Shown: in pieces, positions 7,759-15,439 of the stretch
Position numbering within the stretch: the first letter of the stretch is position 1
How the letters are laid out: each line of letters starts with the position of its first letter
Assembly: GCA_040900215.1 (NCBI GenBank)
Contig: JBBDZL010000027.1
Coordinates: forward strand, 28,300-60,904
Source of the DNA: Patescibacteria group bacterium
Lineage (GTDB): Bacteria > Patescibacteriota > WWE3 > 9FT-COMBO-53-11
Reading direction: 5' to 3'
Length of the DNA: 32,605 nucleotides
Notes under the pieces: model-generated
What the model was told of the DNA's origin: nothing
Database searches by the model: none
Seen by the model: the letters and a program-made list of their open reading frames with translations, nothing else
Made by a program: the position numbers and the translations under genes

Positions 7759-8465
7759 AACGCAAAACTATTTCCGGCACCAACCGTGGTGCGTCCCGTT
7801 TTACTATTAAATAGAAAAACGTTCTCTTTTCCTATTACGTTCGCCTCGCCGGCTTCATCTATGGCAACCCCGCTCCTCTCCGGAATCGCCAAAACGGGGC
7901 TGTGATACTCATCAATGAAATTAACAATCTTATATTCTCGTGATTTAGTGTAATGGCAAAAGACGGAGTAATCACCGGCAAACCCAAATCCGTAGGGAGA
8001 ATTGTAACCATCAATAGGCTCTTCACCAAAAACAGAGAAGTATTTCCCCATTAGGATAGCACCGGTGCTTCCACCGTAAACTGTACCCCCGTTCGCAAAA
8101 AAATTTCTAAGAGAGGAAGCGAATCCGGACGATTCAAAAAGCCCCATTAGTCTGTAACTGTTATTTGCGCCACCGACGTAAATCGCAGAGAATTTTCGGA
8201 GATCCGAATAAGATTTCCTTTTGAGATCAACCCACATTGAGATATCCAACAATCTGCCGAAAACGTTTAATGTGCGGCAAATCCATTCGTAACATTCGTC
8301 ATATCCAGAGAGGTCTCTAACTAAACCGACGGGTACGTAAAGAATGGAATTACTTTTCAAGGAATGTACAAATTCCCGATCTAAATCTTTAGACTCCTCT
8401 GCGCCCCCTCCACCGGATAAGAATAACCTTAAATCTCCTGAACCTGGATTGCGAGAATTAGCCAC
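7755..8465 (-). CDS. Peptidase S51 (PepE/cyanophycinase-like) family protein
   Basis: LFLSGGGG..., IYVGGANNSYRL and YGGSTGAILMG (nucleophile-elbow Ser), then CHY and AIPERSGVAI, match the PepE Ser-His-Glu layout. Overlaps the upstream gene's stop by 8 nt. Confidence 0.6.
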   Translation of the reverse strand: MANSRNPGSGDLRLFLSGGGGAEESKDLDREFVHSLKSNSILYVPVGLVRDLSGYDECYEWICRTLNVFGRLLDISMWVDLKRKSYSDLRKFSAIYVGGANNSYRLMGLFESSGFASSLRNFFANGGTVYGGSTGAILMGKYFSVFGEEPIDGYNSPYGFGFAGDYSVFCHYTKSREYKIVNFIDEYHSPVLAIPERSGVAIDEAGEANVIGKENVFLFNSKTGRTTVGAGNSFAL

Positions 8466-9675
8466 TAATGTTTCCCTCTAAGACTCTAGCGGTAATAGTT
8501 GGTATGTTTCTGACCTGAGATTTCACTAACTCTTCCAGCCGAGAGACATCTTTAAAATCCGCAGGAACGTTAACCAGAACAATCCAAGGATCCAAGAGAT
8601 CCCTGCCACTCTGACTGATAAGAAATACTTCGGTAGGTATGTCAAATTTCTCATAAATTTTATTCGCTAAATCAAATGCAGCTAGATAATAAACCTTCCC
8701 GATGTGATAGACCGGATTTTTCCCGAACGATCCTTCCATACTCATCGGCCTGGAAGGAGAGATAACACCGTTGACCCTGTTCCCCCTACCGGCAATTCCC
8801 TCGTCCCCACTTTCAAGCGATGAGCCTGTTGCGGTTAGATATAACTCCACCAAATCGTAGTTATCGCGAGTATTCAAGGATAGCTCAAAGTTGTCGATTT
8901 TGTGTCTGGAAATAAGAGATTCGAGGTCAGATCGGACCTTCGCCACATTTTTCTTATAATCCTCCAAGGATGGTACAAAATTAGCAATTTGGGGGACGCA
9001 AACGGTTAAGTAATACGCATCCTTAGACCTTACCACCATCACTTTCACGTCGGTTCCGACCCACTTATTTCTGCTTCTGTATTTCTCGGATGTCACGAAG
9101 CCTTCCACATCCAGAACCAGTTGCTCCAATTTCGACCTGGGGGCGTACCCCACACCAAGAGATGTATCATTGGAAAACAGTTTCTCTAATTCCGGCAAAT
9201 CTTCCAGACTCTCCGGCTCGAACCATCTGCTGCGTGCGCTCCGTTTTGATTCGCCCTCGTAAACCCTCCCCGGACTGCTTTGATTACTTATGTTTAAATC
9301 AATCTCAAGATCTTCCCGCGGATCTATAATCGGAAGTTTTTTGCTAAAAAATTCCTCAACCCATACGCGAAGCAACCGGCGAAATGGGATAGTAACGCCA
9401 CCAAACTTTGTGGAAACCCGACCATTTACAAGAACTTTGATCGGGGATGTCATATACCCTTTTCCAAAAGAAACGGAAGAGGATCCCCCCAGCAGTGCAA
9501 CTTTGTCGAAGTTATGATGGAGAACTGCGCCGAAGGCATCTTGCGTGTAAAGCGAATATTTCACAGATAAATATTCTGCCAAGGCATCAGCCAGGGTATC
9601 TGGATGCCCAATACCCTTACGCTCCACCACCTCACAATCCAGGTTGAATTCCTTCTGTGAGACAAAGATATTCAT
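8458..9675 (-). CDS. Archaeal-type S-adenosylmethionine synthetase (MAT, PF01941-like)
   Basis: MNIFVSQKEFNLDCEVVERKGIGHPDTLADALAE...HHNFDKVALLGG is the archaeal MAT N-terminal signature. The start at 9675 gives 405 aa. The track extension to 9861 covers the leader. Confidence 0.85.
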   Translation of the reverse strand: MNIFVSQKEFNLDCEVVERKGIGHPDTLADALAEYLSVKYSLYTQDAFGAVLHHNFDKVALLGGSSSVSFGKGYMTSPIKVLVNGRVSTKFGGVTIPFRRLLRVWVEEFFSKKLPIIDPREDLEIDLNISNQSSPGRVYEGESKRSARSRWFEPESLEDLPELEKLFSNDTSLGVGYAPRSKLEQLVLDVEGFVTSEKYRSRNKWVGTDVKVMVVRSKDAYYLTVCVPQIANFVPSLEDYKKNVAKVRSDLESLISRHKIDNFELSLNTRDNYDLVELYLTATGSSLESGDEGIAGRGNRVNGVISPSRPMSMEGSFGKNPVYHIGKVYYLAAFDLANKIYEKFDIPTEVFLISQSGRDLLDPWIVLVNVPADFKDVSRLEELVKSQVRNIPTITARVLEGNISG

Positions 9676-9991
9676 TGAATGAATATTACCACTATAGATC
9701 GGGAACGCTCTCCTTTTTATACTGTCTCGTTTGTCTTGTTTTCTCGGGTTATGCTGTCCCGCCGTTGGCGGGTTGCACTTCGCAAAATCGCGAGGGAATG
9801 TTATCGTTATCAGGACGTAACTGGCCCTGACCAGTACGCTCAGCCAACTTGGACACCCCAATCATTCGACATACTACAGGATATATGTTATAGTTAAACT
9901 TATCTTGTGATCGATGAATACCGAGCTCTTCTAACGTATCTCGACAGTTCATCTGCACTGAGATATTAGAAAAGAAGCTACTGAGGTATTC

Positions 9992-11200
9992 ATGCGTAAT
10001 TACTCATTTCATAAAGCTTTAAATAAAAATGGCGGACCGAGAGCTTTTTATAACGGCCGGCCCATTCGTTTCCCCCGGGACCGGGGTGCCTATATCAATC
10101 CCGAAAGATTTGTTAATAAAGCCACCACCCAATCAGAACAAGCTAATTTTGTGCCACAGCATCAATTTAAGGACTTCCATTTGGAAGAAAGATTGCAGAT
10201 CAATATCAAAGCCCGGGGATACGCGTCTCCGACTCCGATTCAAGACGCGGCTATTCAGCCGATCTTAGAAGGCAAGGACTTGATTGGATTGGCTAACACC
10301 GGCAGTGGCAAGACTGCCGCTTTTTTGCTGCCAATATTGCACCATCTAAGGCATTTTTCGGATCGTGAAGCGGCGGTTTTGATATTAGTCCCAACCAGGG
10401 AGCTGGCGAGTCAAATCGAAGAAGAGTTTAAAGCTTTCGCCTGGGGACTCAAACTTTATTCGGCTTTGTGCGTGGGAGGAGCCAGTATAAACCGCCAGAT
10501 TGCAGTGCTTAACCGCCGCCCCCAAGTCATTATTGGAACTCCCGGACGACTTACTGATCTTTTTGACCGAAAGGTGCTGCGGTTGGACCGGATTCGAATT
10601 CTGGTTTTGGACGAGGTCGATAGAATGCTCGATATGGGTTTCATCAAAGACATTCGGTTCTTGGTCGCACAACTGCCAAGAGAACGTCAGTCTCTTTGTT
10701 TTAGCGCTACAATGCCGAAAGAAATTGAGCACTTAACGCAAGAATTGATGGTTGATCCAGTTGCAGTATCCGTCAAAACCGGAACGACTAGCGAATTTAT
10801 TGAGCAAGACGTTATTCGCGCTTCTTCTAAAGAACAAAAGATAGAAATCTTAAACGGACTCTTACGCCAACCCGATTTTGATAAAGTCCTCATCTTTGGA
10901 AGAACCAAATGGGGCGTCCAAAAGCTAGCTGACAGCCTGGCTGCGCTGGGGCACACGACCGCATCAATCCACGGCAACAAGTCGCAACCGCAGCGCCGGC
11001 GCGCTCTGCAAGCCTTTAAAGAGGACCGAGTCGGGGTACTTGTCGCGACCGATGTAGCCGCCCGCGGACTGGATATTCCCGGAGTCAGCCACGTAATTAA
11101 CTTTGATCAACCAAATACTTATGACGACTATATACACAGGATTGGACGAACCGCCCGGGCCGGTAAACAGGGAAAAGCTCTGACTTTTGTTTCCAGCTAA
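9992..11200 (+). CDS. DEAD-box ATP-dependent RNA helicase (motif II variant DEVD)
   Basis: Q motif GYASPTPIQ, motif I NTGSGKTAAF, II VLDEVDRM, III SAT, V/VI VATDVAARGLDIP and HRIGRTARAG. SD GAGG lies 6 nt upstream. Confidence 0.95.
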   Translation: MRNYSFHKALNKNGGPRAFYNGRPIRFPRDRGAYINPERFVNKATTQSEQANFVPQHQFKDFHLEERLQINIKARGYASPTPIQDAAIQPILEGKDLIGLANTGSGKTAAFLLPILHHLRHFSDREAAVLILVPTRELASQIEEEFKAFAWGLKLYSALCVGGASINRQIAVLNRRPQVIIGTPGRLTDLFDRKVLRLDRIRILVLDEVDRMLDMGFIKDIRFLVAQLPRERQSLCFSATMPKEIEHLTQELMVDPVAVSVKTGTTSEFIEQDVIRASSKEQKIEILNGLLRQPDFDKVLIFGRTKWGVQKLADSLAALGHTTASIHGNKSQPQRRRALQAFKEDRVGVLVATDVAARGLDIPGVSHVINFDQPNTYDDYIHRIGRTARAGKQGKALTFVSS

Positions 11201-11209
11201 TTCATAAAG

Positions 11210-11479
11210 GTGTCGTATTTTGTCTACATCCTCCGCACTTCTTCAAACACGCTTTACACAGGCCAGACGGGCAATCTAGAACGCCGGCTCAAAGAACACG
11301 CGGAGAAATCTTCCAGATCGGCGAAATATACGCGGTACTTTCCTTCATTTGAATTGGTCTACACAGAAAAGTTTCCTTCAAGAATTGAAGCGATGCGCAG
11401 AGAAATCCAACTTAAACGGTGGCCAAAATCTAAAAAGGAGGCTTTAATCTCGGGAGATCTAAAACTTGGCATAAATTAG
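11210..11479 (+). CDS. Stand-alone GIY-YIG nuclease-domain protein, paralogue of 4068..4334
   Basis: MSYFVYILRTSSNTLYTGQTGNLERRLKEH...MRREIQLKRW. GTG start. Roughly half of the residues are identical to the first copy, by eye. Confidence 0.85.
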   Translation: MSYFVYILRTSSNTLYTGQTGNLERRLKEHAEKSSRSAKYTRYFPSFELVYTEKFPSRIEAMRREIQLKRWPKSKKEALISGDLKLGIN

Positions 11480-11489
11480 TTTCTCGGGT

Positions 11490-11495
11490 TATAAT
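11490..11495 (+). promoter_or_regulatory. Consensus -10 TATAAT upstream of the DsbA-like gene
   Basis: TATAAT lies 15 nt before ATG 11511. The short leader (gttactgttactaaa) has no SD. Confidence 0.4.
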
Positions 11496-11510
11496 GTTAC
11501 TGTTACTAAA

Positions 11511-12140
11511 ATGAAAAAACTGCTGATTTGGGCATTAATAGTTTTTGGGCTGATCGGCGCCACCTGGGGAATGGCGCAGCTCGCCAGTTCTCCCGGAAAC
11601 CAAACCACCACTTTTGCGACGGAGATTTCCGATTCCGATTGGGTCAAAGGAGATAAGGATGCCTCCGTTGTCTTAATCGAATACAGTGATTTACAATGTC
11701 CGGCCTGCGCCGCTTACGCCCCGCTGGTGAATCAGATCTTGGGAGAATTCGGCGACCGAATCGCCTTTGTCTACCGGCACTTCCCGCTCCCCAGTCACAA
11801 AAATGCCGAACCGGCGGCCCTGGCGGCGGAAGCCGCCGGGAAGCAAGGAAAGTTCTGGGAGATGGTAGAGCTGATCTTTACCAACCAAACCGCCTGGGCC
11901 GAGCAGGCCGACGCTCGGGAAACCTTCACCGCCTATGCTCAACAACTGGAGCTGGATCTTAACCGCTTCCAAACCGATCGGGATTCCAACACGCTCCGAG
12001 ACCGGATCCGCGCCGACTACGCCGGGGCGATCGCCGTGGTCAATTACACCCCCACTTTTTTCTTGAACGGAATTAAGATTCAAAACCCTCGCAGCTACGA
12101 CGAATTCCGCGAGCTTATTCTCCAAGAACTTTCCCGATAG
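11511..12140 (+). CDS. DsbA-family thiol:disulfide oxidoreductase, membrane-anchored/secreted
   Basis: N-terminal hydrophobic segment and the thioredoxin active site CPAC in YSDLQCPACAAY. FVYRHFPL is typical of the DsbA/BdbD family. Confidence 0.85.
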   Translation: MKKLLIWALIVFGLIGATWGMAQLASSPGNQTTTFATEISDSDWVKGDKDASVVLIEYSDLQCPACAAYAPLVNQILGEFGDRIAFVYRHFPLPSHKNAEPAALAAEAAGKQGKFWEMVELIFTNQTAWAEQADARETFTAYAQQLELDLNRFQTDRDSNTLRDRIRADYAGAIAVVNYTPTFFLNGIKIQNPRSYDEFRELILQELSR

Positions 12141-12195
12141 ACTCCCGATCCCCAAAAAAGTTAAGCTAAGGAATGCTCAAAGGAGGTGAGGTGCG

Positions 12196-12672
12196 ATGAC
12201 AAATTGGCAAAAGATAACGCTTCTTCTCCTTCGAGTGGCCCTGGGCTGGATCTTCCTCTACTCCGGTCTAAACAAAGTTCTCAATCCGGAGTGGACCGCC
12301 GCCGGCTATCTCAAAGGGGCCAAAACCTTCACCGATCTCTACCAGTGGTTTGCGGCCGATGCCCACATCGGCTGGGTTAGCTTTCTGAACCAGTGGGGAC
12401 AAACGCTAATCGGGGCGGCATTGATCCTGGGAATCGGCGTTCGGATCGCTTCCTGGGGCGGGGCCTTGATGATGCTGCTCTACTACTTCCCGGTCCTAAC
12501 TTTTCCCAAAATCGGCGCCAACAGCTACTTGGTGGATGAACACATCATCTATGCGCTGGTTTTCCTGTTCTTGGGAGCGCTAGGGGCGCAAGGCACTTGG
12601 GGAATTTATAGCTGGCTGAAGGCAAGAGGAATAAATCAGAAAGTCCCTTGGTTGGCAAAACTGCTGGGTTGA
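12196..12672 (+). CDS. DoxX-family membrane protein
   Basis: 158 aa with four hydrophobic segments and the DoxX-like start LLLLRVALGWIFLYSGLNKV. Strong SD AAAGGAGGTGA upstream. Confidence 0.8.
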   Translation: MTNWQKITLLLLRVALGWIFLYSGLNKVLNPEWTAAGYLKGAKTFTDLYQWFAADAHIGWVSFLNQWGQTLIGAALILGIGVRIASWGGALMMLLYYFPVLTFPKIGANSYLVDEHIIYALVFLFLGALGAQGTWGIYSWLKARGINQKVPWLAKLLG

Positions 12673-12676
12673 GAGG

Positions 12677-12751
12677 AAATGGACGGCCGCCTTCAGCGAC
12701 CTAGATTCGGCGAATAGCCGAATAACGGCCGCCTTTGGCGACCTAGCATTT
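12677..12751 (+). repeat. Two tandem copies (42-nt period) of the GAC-hairpin-TAG repeat family
   Basis: ACGGCCGCCTTCAGCGACCTAG (12683-12704) and ACGGCCGCCTTTGGCGACCTAG (12725-12746). Both share ACGGCCG...CGACCTAGCATTT with the copies at 30906-30981. Confidence 0.8.
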
Positions 12752-12785
12752 AGCGCCATAGCGCTGGCGCACTATAGCGACTGAA

Positions 12786-13955
12786 ATGACTGGCAAAAAT
12801 CCTGAGTTAAATATCGTCATCCTGGGCGGCGGCTTTGGAGGTTTCCGCGCGGCGATGGAGTTGCAAAAGTCCCTCGGCCGGAACAAGAAATACAAAATAA
12901 TCTTGATCGACCGAAACACTTTCCACCTCTACACCCCCAGCCTTTACGAGGTCGCCACCGGGGAGTTGTCTTCGCGGTGCGTTTTGCTCCCCTACCACCG
13001 CTGTCTGGAAGGCCGGCGGGCGGAGTTCCTGAACGCCACCGCGACGGAACTGGATCCGGTCAAAAAGATCCTCCGCACCTCATCCGGCGACCGAATTTCC
13101 TACTGGAAATTGGTCTTCGCCCTAGGGGCCGATACCGAAGATTTTGGCATCCCGGGGGTGTCCCAGTACGGACTGGGGCTCAAATCGGTGGCCGATGCCG
13201 AGCGCGTCCGCCAGCACCTGGCCCGCTGCGCTGTTACTAAAGGCCGGCCGATTAAAGTGATTGTGGGAGGGGGCGGGTTCACCGGCGTGGAAGTCGCCGG
13301 GGAGCTCACCAATTACCGGGGATGCCCGATCGAGGTGACCATTGTGGAGGCGGCCCCGCGGATTCTGGGAGGAATGCCTGAAAAGATCTCGAAAGCCGCG
13401 GCGAAGAGGCTCAATCTTCTCGGAGTGAAAATCGCCGTTTCTTCCCCCATCAAGGAGGTCGAGCCAAGCGAACTCCGACTCGCCACCGGCCGCCGCCTCC
13501 CCTACGACGTCCTGATCTGGACCGCCGGGGTGCGGGGGTCGCGCTTTCTGGATCCCAAAGTTTTCCCGCTCGATAAAAGGAAGGCGTTGATTGTGGATAA
13601 GTATCTCCGAGTGAAGGGATTTGAGGACATCTATGCGATTGGCGATTCGGCCGGGACGGGAGTACCCTGGACCGGGATCAAGGCCGAAGAGGATGCGAAG
13701 ACCGCCGCCCGCAATATCGCCGCCTTCGCCAAAGGGCGGAGGCTGAAAGAGTTTAAGGTCTTTGATCCCGCCTTCATTGTTCCGGTCGGGAAGAACTGGG
13801 CGATCGCCAAGATCGGAAAGGTGATTTTCGAAGGAAGGGCCGCCTCAATCCTGAAAGACTTGGTCCTGCTCCGCTACCTAACCACGATCCTGCCGTTAGG
13901 AAAAGCGTTTAAGTCCTGGTGGGGCGGGGAATGCGAGGTACTGGGGATTAAATAA
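12786..13955 (+). CDS. Type II NADH dehydrogenase-like FAD/NAD(P)-dependent oxidoreductase (NDH-2 family)
   Basis: Two Rossmann GxGxxG motifs (IVILGGGFGG; VIVGGGGFTGVEVAGEL) and IYAIGD near the C-terminus. Confidence 0.85.
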   Translation: MTGKNPELNIVILGGGFGGFRAAMELQKSLGRNKKYKIILIDRNTFHLYTPSLYEVATGELSSRCVLLPYHRCLEGRRAEFLNATATELDPVKKILRTSSGDRISYWKLVFALGADTEDFGIPGVSQYGLGLKSVADAERVRQHLARCAVTKGRPIKVIVGGGGFTGVEVAGELTNYRGCPIEVTIVEAAPRILGGMPEKISKAAAKRLNLLGVKIAVSSPIKEVEPSELRLATGRRLPYDVLIWTAGVRGSRFLDPKVFPLDKRKALIVDKYLRVKGFEDIYAIGDSAGTGVPWTGIKAEEDAKTAARNIAAFAKGRRLKEFKVFDPAFIVPVGKNWAIAKIGKVIFEGRAASILKDLVLLRYLTTILPLGKAFKSWWGGECEVLGIK

Positions 13956-15411
13956 TTTTCAAGGCTCCCTTAATCCGGGCCGAGGTTTTTTCCGGGCCGA
14001 GAACCGAGATGCTTTCAAAGAGCGGTGGAGAAACGGTTTGGCCGGTCACGGCCACCCGCAGCAGCATAAAGAGCGCGGGGGCTTCCCAGCCCTTCACGGC
14101 GGCGAGAGCCCGCGTCTTTTTCTCCAGGGATTCGGCTTTCCAGTCCGATTGGCTCTCAAAAAGATGGAGGACCGCGGTGAGCTTCTCGGCCGCCGATCCG
14201 GCTGATTCATTTCGGCTGATCAGCTCTTCCTTGGTCCAAGCCACATCGTTAAAGAAAAAGCCCGCCAGCGCCTCAAACTCCCCCAGCTTTTTGATCCGCT
14301 CCCGCACCAACGGGACAATCTTCTCCAAAAGGACCGGATCGACCTCCAACCCCCGATACTGCTTGAGGTAATCTTTTAATCTGCTGCCTAATTGCCTACT
14401 GTCTAATTGCCTGATATATTCCCCGTTCATCCAATCCAGCTTCTCGCGGTCAAAAACCGGCGCGCTGGTTGAAATCCGCCGGAGATCAAACTTTCGAACG
14501 AAATCTTCCAATTCAAAAACCTCTTTTCCCTCCGGGTGAGACCAGCCAAGGAGCGCTAGGAAATTCAGCAGGGCCTCCGGGAGGTAGCCCTCTTCCTTGA
14601 ACTCCAGAATACCGACCGACCCGTGGCGTTTGGAGAGCTTGGCGTGGCTGGATTCCCGCAGAACCGGGAAGTGGGCGAAGTGAGGCAGATCCCAGCCGAA
14701 AGCCCGATAGAGGAGAACGTGCTTCGGCGTGGAGGAGATCCACTCCTCTCCTCTTAGAACATGGGTCACCTTCATCAGGTGGTCGTCCACCACCACCGCG
14801 AGGTGGTAGGTCGGGTAGCCGTCTGATTTGATCAGAACCTGGTCGTCGAGAACGCTGTTTTCGAAGCGGATCTCCCCCCGGACCAGATCGGTAAAAGAGG
14901 TCTCGCCCTCATCCGGAACCTTGAGCCGGATCACGAACTTTTCCTTCTTGGCGCGCTCCGCCGCCGCTTTGGGATCCAGCTTCCGGCAGAAGCGGTCGTA
15001 GCGCGGCGACCGGCCTTCGCGCTGCGCTTTCTGGCGGATTTCTTCCAGCCGGGTTTCGCTGCAGAAACAGTAGTAGGCGTGGTCTTTTTGGATAAGTTCT
15101 TCGGCGTGCTGGAGGTAGATCGGCAGCCGCTCGGATTGGCGAAGCGGACCTTCGTCCCAACTCAATCCCAGCCAGTTCAGGGCTTCCAGAATCTGGCCCT
15201 CGGCTTCCGGCAGGAAGCGGGATCGGTCGGTGTCTTCAATTCGAAGGATAAACTGGCCCTTGTTTTGCCGGGCAAAAGCCCAATTGAAGAGAGCGACATA
15301 GGCGGTGCCGACGTGGGGAGCGCCGGTGGGAGAGGGGGCAATTCGGGTAATCGTTTTGGACGCGATCTTACGATCGCTAGCAAATCTTACTGCGTTCGAT
15401 TTGTCTTTCAT
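13948..15411 (-). CDS. gltX: Glutamyl-tRNA synthetase
   Basis: RIAPSPTGAPHVGTAY (HIGH-type motif), KLSKRHG (KMSKS) and RIEDTD. Confidence 0.95.
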   Translation of the reverse strand: MKDKSNAVRFASDRKIASKTITRIAPSPTGAPHVGTAYVALFNWAFARQNKGQFILRIEDTDRSRFLPEAEGQILEALNWLGLSWDEGPLRQSERLPIYLQHAEELIQKDHAYYCFCSETRLEEIRQKAQREGRSPRYDRFCRKLDPKAAAERAKKEKFVIRLKVPDEGETSFTDLVRGEIRFENSVLDDQVLIKSDGYPTYHLAVVVDDHLMKVTHVLRGEEWISSTPKHVLLYRAFGWDLPHFAHFPVLRESSHAKLSKRHGSVGILEFKEEGYLPEALLNFLALLGWSHPEGKEVFELEDFVRKFDLRRISTSAPVFDREKLDWMNGEYIRQLDSRQLGSRLKDYLKQYRGLEVDPVLLEKIVPLVRERIKKLGEFEALAGFFFNDVAWTKEELISRNESAGSAAEKLTAVLHLFESQSDWKAESLEKKTRALAAVKGWEAPALFMLLRVAVTGQTVSPPLFESISVLGPEKTSARIKGALKII

Positions 15412-15439
15412 ATCCGATAAATACTAACATTACCCTATT

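Noticed and set aside
9742-9753. 12-nt identity TTCTCGGGTTAT shared with 11481-11492.
   Set aside because: A single 12-mer coincidence is expected by chance many times in a 32.6-kb window when both strands are considered. There is no extended similarity around it.
9676-9900. Confident SAM-I or SAM-IV riboswitch call, and ORFs 9679..9897 (plus) and 9749..9958 (minus).
   Set aside because: Only a GCAACC-plus-hairpin fragment resembles the SAM-I/IV core. I could not place P1, P2 or the other conserved junctions, so it stays an unclassified candidate. The two ORFs have no coding-like composition and sit in the leader.
14386-14413. Direct repeat CTAATTGCCT x2 inside gltX. Similar short tandem repeats occur in secF (about 21630-21660) and recJ (about 20281-20320).
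   Set aside because: They are in-frame coding repeats (for example RQLDSRQLGSR in GluRS) inside intact ORFs. The resemblance to the suf-promoter TTAGGCAATAGG repeat is short and probably coincidental.
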